A DNA stretch of 56,555 nt from an uncultured bacterium (GTDB lineage: Bacteria > Hydrothermota > Tepidihabitantia > Tepidihabitantales > CAIPLT01): positions 1 to 56,555 of the forward strand of contig CAYYPG010000001.1 of the NCBI GenBank assembly GCA_964473505.1, read 5' to 3'. Shown here piece by piece: positions 9,356 to 18,457 of the stretch (position 1 is the stretch's first letter; every line of letters starts with the position of its first letter). The notes below the pieces were generated by a model. That model was not told the origin of the DNA. It did not search any database and saw nothing but the letters and a program-made list of their open reading frames with translations. The translations under genes and the position numbers were made by a program.

Positions 9356-11602
9356 ATGAAATATTGGATATTTTTAATCGGATTATTAATAATTGTTTTG
9401 GGAATTTCAGTAGCAAATGCCAAGACAATGATTGTTCGTGTCTATGTGCGAAATTATGAAGAATTGGCTCGTCGTATTGACTTTAAGCAAACTAATATTG
9501 AAATTGCTGGAGCGAAACCGCAAGAATGGTATGAATTAGTAGTGGAATCCGAAGATTATCCTGCAGTCTTAGCATCGGGACTCAAAAGTCAAATTATAAT
9601 TGAAGATTTAGAGCTTCAAAAAGCCGAGGTTCTTTCTCGTGCCCAGTATCGTAGTCTAGATTCCGTGAACTTGATGTTACGGACCTTGGTCAATTCAGCA
9701 CCACAGATTTGTGTGCTGGAAAGTCTTGGTTTATCATACGAGAATCGTCAAATCTATGGAGTAAAAATTTCTGATAATCCATCAATTTCCGAACCTCAAG
9801 AACCGGGGGTATTTTTTTGTGGTTTGCACCATGCTCGAGAATGGGCAACAATTGAAATGTGTCTATTTATTATTGATACCATTGTTCGTGCTTATCGTAC
9901 AGTACCCGAGATTCAAAACTTAGTTAATAATCATGAGATTTGGGTTTTTCCGGTTATTAACCCTGATGGTTATTTTTATGATTATCCTTTACGACGCTCG
10001 TGGCGGAAGAATCGTCAACCGTTCGGCGGTTCCATTGGAACTGATTTGAATCGTAATTATTTAGGAGCTTGCAACGGTGATCGATTTGGACTTTGGGGTG
10101 CTTTAACTTCTGGTTCGCAATCTTCTCATTTGCCATCCAGTGAAACTTTTATGGGGCAATATGGTGCTTCTAGTCCAGAGATAACCGCGCTTAATAACTT
10201 CTTTAGAACCCATAATATTAATGCTTGCTTATCCTTCCATTCTTATTCGGAATTAGTGCTTTGGCCCTGGGGCTATCAAAGCATTCCTACTCTGGACAAT
10301 GCGTTATATCAAAGAGTTGGTACACGAATGGCAAGTATGATTCAAAAATTGTCAGGAGGAACTTATACCCCACAACAAAGCACCTCGCTCTATCCGGTCT
10401 CAGGTGGAAGTGATGATTGGATTTATGGTTGGAATAAATATGTTAATGGTGTTCCGTGTTTGGCTTTTACTAATGAAATAGGTACTTCATTTTATCAACC
10501 TCTTACGGATGTTGACCATATTATCCGTCAGAATTTCAAGGCAGTAGTCTATTTGACCAATTTTTCGGATAGTGTCCGAATTCTGATGAAAGGATTTGTT
10601 CCGCCCCCAAACATCACAGTTCCCGAGACTAGTTCAAGTAGTAATTTTGTCGTTGCCTGGAAACCTAAAAATCCTCAGTATAACAATCCTAGTATGTGGG
10701 AATTACAAGAATTGTCAAATTATACTGTATTTCAAGACCAATTTGATACTATCTTACCAGCTTGGCAGGTTCAAGGATTTGTCTTAAGTTCACGAAGAGC
10801 ATATTCGGGTTTAAGAAGTATGTGGTCAGACTCGGCTAATAACATTTCCAACTATATCCGGACAACCTATCCATATGTGGTGAATCCAGGCGATTCTTTG
10901 ACTTTCTGGTGTTGGTATAACTTAGAGAAGAATTATGATGTTGCGGTGGCTGAAGTATCATTTAATACCAAAGAGTGGTTTCAATTAGGAGCTCGGCTGA
11001 CCGATACTTCTGGTGGATGGCGCAGAATGGCTTATTCGCTGGAACCTTTTGCTGGAAAATCAATTTACATTCAATTCCGAGTCATGACCGACGGCAGCAT
11101 TTTGAAAAATGGATTCTATCTCGATGATGTTTATCCAGTGCCAATGTTTAATAATACCCGAATTCTTGCATCGAATATTACGGATACTGCTTATATCGTG
11201 TTAGTTAACCAACCTGGGCGCTACTGGTATCGAGTCCGTGGTTATAACGCAACTCATGGCTGGGGTGAATTTAGTATGCTTGATGACGTAGAAGTATTAG
11301 CAACCGCAATTACTGAGATAAAAAATACACATAATATTACCGTTAATATTCTTCCTAACATATTTACTGCCAACGCTTTGATTCAGTATAGCGTTCCTTT
11401 TGAATGTAAAGTTGCATTAAGCGTCTATGATATAACTGGTAGAAATCGGGTTCAATTAGTAAATCGTATTCATAAACCAGGAGTTTATGAAATAAATTGG
11501 CCTGCGATTGACGATAATAAGAAAAAACTATCATCGGGCATTTATTTTCTAAAAATTGATATCGGTGAAAAGAGTTTAACCAGACGAATTATAATCTTTT
11601 AA
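9356..11602 (+). CDS. Secreted M14-family zinc carboxypeptidase with T9SS-type C-terminal sorting domain
   Basis: It has a signal peptide. HHAREWAT (HxxE zinc ligands) and SFHSYSELVLWPWGY are typical of M14. The C-terminal roughly 80 aa end in GIYFLKIDIGEKSLTRRIIIF, like Por/T9SS CTDs. Confidence 0.85.
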   Translation: MKYWIFLIGLLIIVLGISVANAKTMIVRVYVRNYEELARRIDFKQTNIEIAGAKPQEWYELVVESEDYPAVLASGLKSQIIIEDLELQKAEVLSRAQYRSLDSVNLMLRTLVNSAPQICVLESLGLSYENRQIYGVKISDNPSISEPQEPGVFFCGLHHAREWATIEMCLFIIDTIVRAYRTVPEIQNLVNNHEIWVFPVINPDGYFYDYPLRRSWRKNRQPFGGSIGTDLNRNYLGACNGDRFGLWGALTSGSQSSHLPSSETFMGQYGASSPEITALNNFFRTHNINACLSFHSYSELVLWPWGYQSIPTLDNALYQRVGTRMASMIQKLSGGTYTPQQSTSLYPVSGGSDDWIYGWNKYVNGVPCLAFTNEIGTSFYQPLTDVDHIIRQNFKAVVYLTNFSDSVRILMKGFVPPPNITVPETSSSSNFVVAWKPKNPQYNNPSMWELQELSNYTVFQDQFDTILPAWQVQGFVLSSRRAYSGLRSMWSDSANNISNYIRTTYPYVVNPGDSLTFWCWYNLEKNYDVAVAEVSFNTKEWFQLGARLTDTSGGWRRMAYSLEPFAGKSIYIQFRVMTDGSILKNGFYLDDVYPVPMFNNTRILASNITDTAYIVLVNQPGRYWYRVRGYNATHGWGEFSMLDDVEVLATAITEIKNTHNITVNILPNIFTANALIQYSVPFECKVALSVYDITGRNRVQLVNRIHKPGVYEINWPAIDDNKKKLSSGIYFLKIDIGEKSLTRRIIIF

Positions 11603-11631
11603 CCGACTTCGGCTTTCTCGGTTGTCTTATA

Positions 11632-11787
11632 GACAAGCCCAAAGGCTATCCTAGGGGTATACCAGGGGGATATCCACCGGGTTATCCTGGGGGTTATCCG
11701 CCAGACTACCAAAACGGACATATTATAGACTGTATTCCGGGGCGCCCAGCTATTCAACCGCTGGGTTATCAAAGGGATAGATGAGGC
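11632..11787 (+). repeat. 12-bp-phased array (about 13 units; core units GGCTATCC, GGTATACC, GGATATCC, GGTTATCC x2)
   Basis: The period was read directly: ggctatcctagg/ggtataccaggg/ggatatccaccg/ggttatcctggg/ggttatccgcca/gactaccaaaac and so on. It is homologous to the arrays at 39292-39363 and 39773-39868. Confidence 0.8.
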
Positions 11788-11942
11788 GAAGGTTTACTCA
11801 ACAACCGATGGTGTCAGGTGGGTCGCCGGTTGAATCTATTTTTTAAGATAGCATGGTTTTGGAATTTAGATTTTATACAATTATTCTTAAGATGTTTTTG
11901 AAGACCTTGAATAAGTTCGAATGTTTATCAAGATAATGTCTA

Positions 11943-12075
11943 ATATTTGGTGTAAATTCAGCATAGATATGTTAAAGCAAAAGGTGAGTGTTTTCCTTTA
12001 TTTAAACATATAAGTACAATATAGTTAGAAAGGAGATCACTTCTTAAGAGAAAAGAATCAAGTTACACAAAAATT
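11943..12075 (+). mobile_element. MITE-B copy
   Basis: ATATTTGGTGTAAATTCAGCAT ... AGAGAAAAGAATCAAGTTACACAAAAATT. The TIR TTTGGTGTAAAT pairs with the right-end GTTACACAAA (consensus ATTTACACAAA). Confidence 0.5.
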
Positions 12076-12482
12076 GCGATGTCCCCTTTTTAAATGAGTT
12101 GCACAAAATTAACCTGAAAGTTTTGATAAAAGATACAAGCCTCTATGCTAGGGATTTGAAGATAATGAAAAATGAATACGGAGATTTTTATCTGATATCC
12201 GATGCTGTAATGCGGCAGGACGGGTAAAAGATAAAAAGTTTATACCTTCCATCTATCAAAAAAGCAATGGTTGTGATGACCAATTTGTGAGGTGTGAGAG
12301 TATAAAATGCTTGGGAGTATTATGACTTATTCAGAGGTCTCTTTTTTATTAATTTTGACTTTGTCGAAGTTTTGTTGGCAGACAAGAGATGTCTAAATTA
12401 GCAATTTGAAGATTATGGTAGCACAAGGTTATTTTTGATAACTTGCTGGTATTTTGTGGACCAGATGAGTTAGAAAATAACC

Positions 12483-13373
12483 TTACCTTTGGGCAAAGAG
12501 ACTTGCTTTTTTTAAAAGCAAGTGCCATTCAAAGTCGACTTGGGCTTGAATTTGTTCAATCTCTTTTTGAGTTAAATGGCTAAATCGTCCTTGAAGTTTT
12601 AAGTATTCAGCAACTGGGATTGGTTTTTCCGGTTTGATGTTGATAGTGTATTTAACGCCGTTTTCACATTCATAAATAGGAAAAATATTGGATTCAACCG
12701 CTAATCGGCAGATTTTTATCATTAAATCTGGTGCCATTTTCCAACCTGTTGGGCAGGGCGCAAAGATATGGATAAACTTTGTGCCTTTTATCTCTTTGGC
12801 TTTTTTAAATTTATTTATCAAATCATCCGGATAACACAAAGTTGCAGTAGCACAATAAGGAATCCGATGCGCAATCATAATTTCAGTAATATTTTTCTTT
12901 GGTTCGGCTTTTGGCGTCTTTTCTGGAGTAGTCGTCGTCCAGGCTCCTTTCGGTGTGGCTGAAGACCGTTGAATGCCTGTGTTCATATAGGCTTCATTAT
13001 CATAACAAGCATATATAATGTCATCATTTCTTTCGGCGGCACCGGATAAGGCTTGAATACCAATATCTAATGTTCCACCATCACCTGCCCAAGCCAAAAC
13101 AGAGATGTCTTTTTTCCCTTGAATTTCAAGACCGGCTTTTACTCCGGAAGCTGCAATAGCAGCAGTTTCAAAAGCAGTATGGAGCAGCGGGGTACGAAGC
13201 GAATGGATAGGAAATGGCCCATCAATTATAGTCCAACAGCATGCAGGAATTACAACGATGGTTTTTTCACCTAATGCCTTAAGTGCCAATCTCATTGCTA
13301 AAGCACCACCGCAACCTGGACAGGCAACATGTCCAGGAAACATATATTCTTTTTCTTGTATCGTGTATCTCAT
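12483..13373 (-). CDS. porB: 2-oxoacid (pyruvate-type):ferredoxin oxidoreductase beta subunit (TPP-binding)
   Basis: An N-terminal CPGCG is present. The TPP motif is GDGGTLDIGIQALSGAAERNDDIIYACYDNEAYMNTG. The gene sits in a porGDAB-like operon. Confidence 0.88.
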   Translation of the reverse strand: MRYTIQEKEYMFPGHVACPGCGGALAMRLALKALGEKTIVVIPACCWTIIDGPFPIHSLRTPLLHTAFETAAIAASGVKAGLEIQGKKDISVLAWAGDGGTLDIGIQALSGAAERNDDIIYACYDNEAYMNTGIQRSSATPKGAWTTTTPEKTPKAEPKKNITEIMIAHRIPYCATATLCYPDDLINKFKKAKEIKGTKFIHIFAPCPTGWKMAPDLMIKICRLAVESNIFPIYECENGVKYTINIKPEKPIPVAEYLKLQGRFSHLTQKEIEQIQAQVDFEWHLLLKKASLFAQR

Positions 13374-13442
13374 ATCTTTCCGATTAGTTTATGGTTGATT
13401 TGTTTTTTAAGATAAAACTAAAATATTCAATCCTAATATCTT

Positions 13443-14597
13443 TCATAAGCGTACTCCTCGCCAAATTATCGGTTCTTGAGGTGCTTCGGTCTTAAGCGTA
13501 TAATCAATAATTTCTCTAATATCGTTGGGAGTTACATCGCGGCCACCGAGTCCAATGATGTAATCAAAAACTGGTGGTGCGCCTGGCAGACCATAGAGTG
13601 CAGATTTTATTTCTTGGGCAAACACACCGGAGTGACCAAAGGACATATTACGGTCGATGACCGCAATCTTTTGTGCTTTATATAAGATTTCACGTAGTTC
13701 ATCCACCGGAGTTGGACGAAACAATTTTTGTTTCAATAATCCGACTTTTCTTCCTTCTTCGCGCATCTGGTCGACTACAATTCGTGCTGTACCGGTGATG
13801 GTCCCGGATGTTACTAAAATTACTTTAGCGTCTTCACAACGATAGGCTTCAACTACACCATATTTGCGACCAAACATTTTGCTAAATTCATCATCAACCT
13901 CTTTAATTACTTGTCGTGCCTTTTCGTGGGCTTTTTGTATTTTATAGCGAATCTCATAATAATGGTCAGGATTTGTCAGACCACCATAGGATTTAGGCGT
14001 GGCAACATCTAATTTTGTTTTCAATTCGAACGGTGGTAAAAATTTATCAACCAAGTCTTGGTCAGGAATATCCACCGCTTCTGAGGTGTGAGAAAGGACA
14101 AAGGCATCTAATATAATCATTACCGGTAAATGGACGGTTTCAGCAATTTTGAAGGCTTGAATTGTAGTATCTAATACTTCTTGATTTGATTCACAGTATA
14201 ACTGAATCCAGCCAACATCACGTTGGGATAGGGAATCATTCTGGTCAGTCCAAACCGACCAACCAGGTCCCATTGCTCGATTGATATTGGCTAACACCAC
14301 AGGTAAACGAGCACCTACTGCCCAGTGTAACATTTCGTGCATTAGAGCCAAACCATGAGCCGAAGTAGCGGTAAAAGCTCTGACACCAGTAGCAGAGGCG
14401 GCAATACAGGCACTCATTGCTGAATGTTCTGATTCCACTTTTATAAACTTAGCATTTAATTTTCCCGTGGCACAAAATTCCGATAATAATTCCACCACTT
14501 GGGTTTGGGGCGTAATCGGATATGCGGCAATTACTTGCACTCGGGATAAGAGTGCTCCATAACTAACGGCATGATTTCCTGTAATTACTTTTTTCAT
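13443..14597 (-). CDS. porA: 2-oxoacid:ferredoxin oxidoreductase alpha subunit
   Basis: ITGNHAVSYGA and AAYPITPQT at the N-terminus are typical of POR/KOR alpha. It is adjacent to porB. Confidence 0.88.
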   Translation of the reverse strand: MKKVITGNHAVSYGALLSRVQVIAAYPITPQTQVVELLSEFCATGKLNAKFIKVESEHSAMSACIAASATGVRAFTATSAHGLALMHEMLHWAVGARLPVVLANINRAMGPGWSVWTDQNDSLSQRDVGWIQLYCESNQEVLDTTIQAFKIAETVHLPVMIILDAFVLSHTSEAVDIPDQDLVDKFLPPFELKTKLDVATPKSYGGLTNPDHYYEIRYKIQKAHEKARQVIKEVDDEFSKMFGRKYGVVEAYRCEDAKVILVTSGTITGTARIVVDQMREEGRKVGLLKQKLFRPTPVDELREILYKAQKIAVIDRNMSFGHSGVFAQEIKSALYGLPGAPPVFDYIIGLGGRDVTPNDIREIIDYTLKTEAPQEPIIWRGVRL

Positions 14598-14628
14598 ATT
14601 TAACCTAAATTTTCCTTAATAATGAATT

Positions 14629-16338
14629 TCATTCGGTTTCTACTTTTGATTCTTCAATCATTGCTATGGCGTAACGAGGACATTCTCGAGCACAAACGCC
14701 ACAACCTTTGCAATAATCGTAATCGAATTCGTATTCTCCATTATCTTTCATAACCGATAAATCCGGACAGAAGACAAAACAATTATCACATTTATTGCAT
14801 ACACCACAGGAGAAACATCGTTCGGCTTCATTTTTGACCATATGCTCATCATACCCGATATTTACTTCCTTAAAACTGCGTTTACGTTGGCCAAGAGATA
14901 TCTGGGGAATCGGAATTCTTGGCTGGTGTTCAAAATAAATTGGATTCAGTTGGGAAAAGGTCACGACCTCTTTTTTGTTATCCGATTTGGATAATTCTAT
15001 ACCATTGGCTTGGCCAATAATAAATCGGGCCACTCTTTTGCCTGCACCAATTGCTTCCACCACGGTTTTGGGACCAGTAACACAATCGCCAATGGCAAAA
15101 ATATTAGAAATATTAGTTTGACCAAAATTGTCAGCGGCAACACTCCAGCCAGTAGTTTTTAGTTCCGGTGGTAATATGGATAAATCGACTTCTTCACCAA
15201 TTGCACTAAGAATCGAATCAACCTTTTTAACAAAATTAGAATTAGGAATTGGTATTGGTCGTCTTCGACCCGAAGCATCGGGTTCGCCTAATTTCATTTT
15301 GATTAATTCAATGCCCTTGACCGTACCTTTTTTGGTGCGAATGACTTTGACTGGTGCGACTAAAAATTCAATGGGAATGCCTTCGGTTTCTGCAGCGTTG
15401 ATTTCATCAGCAATTGCCGGCATTTCCGCCCGAGTTCGTCGATACAAGATGATTGGCTTATAGCCAAGCCGCAAACAGACGCGTGCCGCATCGATTGCGG
15501 TATTGCCACCACCGATAATCGCAACCCGTTTGCCTAATTTAGGCCGTTTGTTGTTATTAACTTCAGAAAGAAATTCTAAACCGGAATATACTCCTTTCCC
15601 TTTCTCATTAGGAATCTCCAGTGGTCGACTCTTCGTACAACCAGTAGCAATAATGACGAAATCATACTCTTGAGTTAATTGTAATATGCTAATATCTTTA
15701 CCAATTGTGCAATTGGTTTTGAATTTAACTTGTAAGGCGGATAATTTCTTTAATTCGGCATCAAGAATATTTTTCGGCAGTCGGTACGAAGGTATTCCAT
15801 ATCTTAGCAAACCGCCAAGTTTGCCCAGGGCTTCAAAAATGGTTACTTGAAAACCAGCTAAGCCAAGATAATAAGCCGCGCTCATTCCAGCTGGACCTGA
15901 ACCAATAATCGCTACCTTTGTTTTTCGTTTCTCTTGGGGTTTCGGAAGAATTTTAGCCTTGAGTCCGAAATCACCTAAAAACCGTTCGCAACCATGAATG
16001 GCTAAAGATTCATCGTAGTCTTTACGATTGCATGCCTGTTCACAAGGATGATAACAGACACGCCCGGTAATGGCAGGAAACGGATTATCTTCAATGATAG
16101 TTTCATATGCTTCTTGAAACTTATTTTGCTTTACTAAATCGAGATACTTTTGTATTTGTTCATTAGCCGGACATTCATTATTACAGGGCGGAGTTTTATT
16201 CTCATAGACAGGACGGAAAATCCGCCATGTGCCGGTCTTGTTTAAGAGTGTTTCGGCAATACTGATTGCCCATTCAGGATAATCTGATTCTTTTTCTAAT
16301 TTAGGAATTGTTGGTTTATACTTTTCTAACCACTTCAT
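14629..16338 (-). CDS. GltD/SudA-like NAD(P)H-dependent FAD oxidoreductase fused to a PorD-like 2x[4Fe-4S] ferredoxin domain
   Basis: The N-terminus has CNNECPANE...GRVCYHPCEQACNR. Dinucleotide folds are VAIIGSGPAGMSAA and VAIIGGGNTAIDAAR. The C-terminus has CFSCGVCNKCDNCFVFCP and CKGCGVCARECP. The gene occupies the porD slot of the operon. Confidence 0.8.
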   Translation of the reverse strand: MKWLEKYKPTIPKLEKESDYPEWAISIAETLLNKTGTWRIFRPVYENKTPPCNNECPANEQIQKYLDLVKQNKFQEAYETIIEDNPFPAITGRVCYHPCEQACNRKDYDESLAIHGCERFLGDFGLKAKILPKPQEKRKTKVAIIGSGPAGMSAAYYLGLAGFQVTIFEALGKLGGLLRYGIPSYRLPKNILDAELKKLSALQVKFKTNCTIGKDISILQLTQEYDFVIIATGCTKSRPLEIPNEKGKGVYSGLEFLSEVNNNKRPKLGKRVAIIGGGNTAIDAARVCLRLGYKPIILYRRTRAEMPAIADEINAAETEGIPIEFLVAPVKVIRTKKGTVKGIELIKMKLGEPDASGRRRPIPIPNSNFVKKVDSILSAIGEEVDLSILPPELKTTGWSVAADNFGQTNISNIFAIGDCVTGPKTVVEAIGAGKRVARFIIGQANGIELSKSDNKKEVVTFSQLNPIYFEHQPRIPIPQISLGQRKRSFKEVNIGYDEHMVKNEAERCFSCGVCNKCDNCFVFCPDLSVMKDNGEYEFDYDYCKGCGVCARECPRYAIAMIEESKVETE

Positions 16339-16361
16339 AAATATCCTTAGTAGTAATAAAT

Positions 16362-16588
16362 TGTTTCTAATTTAACAGGCATATATTCTTTAATGAAATT
16401 ATACAACTCGGATAGTTTCGCAGGCTTCTTTTTGGTTGCTGCGATGTTTTCTTCCAATTTAACCAGTACATATTCCTTAATTCCTTTAATATTGAAATTA
16501 TACAACACGGACTGTTTCATAAGCTTCTTTGGTTGCTGCGATGTTTTCTTCCAATTTAACCGGTACATATTCCTTAATTCCTTTAATG
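16362..16588. repeat. Tandem duplication (about 2.3 copies, 99-bp period) of the porG 3' end, filling the porG/gltD-porD intergenic space
   Basis: 16398-16490 matches 16497-16587 at about 90% identity, and a partial copy lies at 16362-16397. The copy still translates to [20 protein letters not shown], against [20 protein letters not shown] in porG. Confidence 0.9.
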
Positions 16589-17046
16589 ACCTCTTCTAAT
16601 TTAACAAAATTAGAAATTCGGACAAAAGCGCCTAAAATTGCCGTATTGACAATGGGAGCAGTTTTGGCACCTAAGCGATGTTTTATAGCAATTCTAGTGG
16701 CATCAACAATTGCTAAACGAAAGTTCTTAAAGATATCTTGATTAGGAACTTTATGGGAATTTAAAAGCACCCAACCATTGGGTTTTAAGCCTTGGGTAAC
16801 ATTTACCGTTTTAATCAGTACAGGGTCTAAAATAATAATATGGTCTGGCGTGTAAACTTTACAGCGTAGGGAAATTGGTTTATCGTCAAAGCGCAAAAAC
16901 GCTTGAACCGGTGCACCTCGGCGTTCGACACCAAATTCTGGAAAAGTCTGAACATATTTACCTTCAGCAAATAAGGCGGTGGCTAAAATCTCAGAAGCAA
17001 TTACTGCTCCTTGGCCACCTCGACCATGAAATCTAATTTCAATCAT
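16498..17046 (-). CDS. porG: 2-oxoacid:ferredoxin oxidoreductase gamma subunit
   Basis: [15 protein letters not shown] is the hallmark GRGGQG start of POR gamma. It is the first gene of the operon. Confidence 0.88.
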
Positions 17047-17159
17047 CGTTTATTCTTCTTCGTCACCACTACACAAAGACCGAAATCACAGACAAACATA
17101 TTGAAATATTCTTATGCTTGCTTGACGGGTTTTGTGTCTTGGTAAAATAATTTTTATAT

Positions 17160-18140
17160 CTACCATTTTAAAATTGATGCGGCCCAAGTAAAACCAGCGC
17201 CGAATGCGGCAAATAGTATCTTGGTGCCATCTTTAATTCTACCTTCATTATAGGCTTCATATAAGGCAACAGGAATCGAAGCTGCAGACATATTGCCATA
17301 CTTGTGAATCACAATAAAGGTTTTTTCTAAAGGGATATTAGCTCGTTTGATAGTTGCATCAATGATTCGGATATTGGCTTGATGGGGAATAAAGACATCT
17401 ATATCATCCGCGGTCATTTGAGCATCTTGTAAAACAGTAAGGGTTGCGGTTTCCATTTCTCGTACTGCGTTCTTGAAAACTTCATTACCTGCCATATGAA
17501 CCGTATGAAGTTTTTTCTCCACCGATTCGCAAGTGGCTGGTATGCGACTACCACCTGCCGGCTGATATAACAGTTTGGCTAAATTACCGTCTGCACCCCA
17601 ATTGGATGAGATAATACCTCGGTTCTCGTTCGTTGCGACTGCAATACACGCACCTGCACCGTCTCCAAACAGAACACAAGTTGCGCGGTCTTGCCAGTTT
17701 ATCACTTTGGATAGAATCTCAGCACCGGCGATCAAAACCTTTTTGGCCCTACCGCCAGCAATCAGATTAGCGGCAATCTCTAAAGCAAATAAAAATCCAC
17801 AACAACCCGCACTAATATCAAAAGCGACCGAACCGGCAACGCCTAATCCTTTTTGCACCCAACAGGCAGTTGCTGGATAGAGGGTATCTGGCGTTGAAGT
17901 GCCGACAATAATCGTATCTAATTCACTGGCTTTAATCCCGGCTTGTTTTAAAGCTTCCTTGGTTGCGGTGATAACCAAATCCGAAGTCGCGGTCTCTTCG
18001 TCTACAATCCGTCGTTCTTTAATACCGGTTCGTTCAGTTATCCATTCGTCTGAGGTATCAACTATCTTTTCTAAATCAAAATTCGTCAAGATTTTTTCGG
18101 GCAATCCAACACCTAATCCAACAATTTTTAACTTCTTCAT
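17160..18140 (-). CDS. fabH: 3-oxoacyl-ACP synthase III
   Basis: Active-site Cys in SAGCCGFLFAL, plus HQANIRI and GNMSAASIP (Cys-His-Asn triad). The length of 326 aa fits. Confidence 0.9.
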   Translation of the reverse strand: MKKLKIVGLGVGLPEKILTNFDLEKIVDTSDEWITERTGIKERRIVDEETATSDLVITATKEALKQAGIKASELDTIIVGTSTPDTLYPATACWVQKGLGVAGSVAFDISAGCCGFLFALEIAANLIAGGRAKKVLIAGAEILSKVINWQDRATCVLFGDGAGACIAVATNENRGIISSNWGADGNLAKLLYQPAGGSRIPATCESVEKKLHTVHMAGNEVFKNAVREMETATLTVLQDAQMTADDIDVFIPHQANIRIIDATIKRANIPLEKTFIVIHKYGNMSAASIPVALYEAYNEGRIKDGTKILFAAFGAGFTWAASILKW

Positions 18141-18359
18141 TCGAACTTAAAATTCACTTTGTTTTTTCTTTTTTATAAATAAAAAATAGAACAATTTAGT
18201 TAATTTCGCAACCAAAATAAATACATCCAGTATAATATTGGGGTACTGGGTATTAATATTTAATCTTGATGTCAGCGGTTTTTCTAAATACCGATAGCAA
18301 TAATTCATATATTAATAAAATAAAACTATATCAAAGAAAAATCAAATAGTCAAGGGAGG

Positions 18360-18457
18360 AATGTAATGTGCTCAAGAGATACTATGCAGTTGATGAGATT
18401 TAATTAGAAGTTGTTAAAGAAGGCTTTTTGTCATATTTTTGACTTTGGAGTTTATTC
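18360..18457 (+). mobile_element. Degenerate MITE-A-like relic
   Basis: AATGTGCTCAAGAGATAC ... ATATTTTTGACTTTGGAGTTTATT resembles the MITE-A interior and right end. The left TIR is missing. Confidence 0.3.

Noticed and set aside
11569-11602. Programmed -1 frameshift from the carboxypeptidase ORF into the GYP-repeat frame.
   Set aside because: The overlap (…ATA ATC TTT TAA) contains no X_XXY_YYZ slippery heptamer in the zero frame. The protein already ends with a complete T9SS-type C-terminal domain, which should be terminal.
16347-16568. A 73-aa ORF overlapping the porG end.
   Set aside because: It exists only because the tandem copies preserve the porG reading frame. There is no independent evidence for a gene.
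16362-16588. The porG 3' duplication might be a diversity-generating retroelement TR/VR pair.
   Set aside because: The differences between copies (T/A, TA/CT, GC/AT, G/A, a 2-nt indel, A/G) are not confined to adenine positions. No reverse transcriptase or accessory gene is present in the window.
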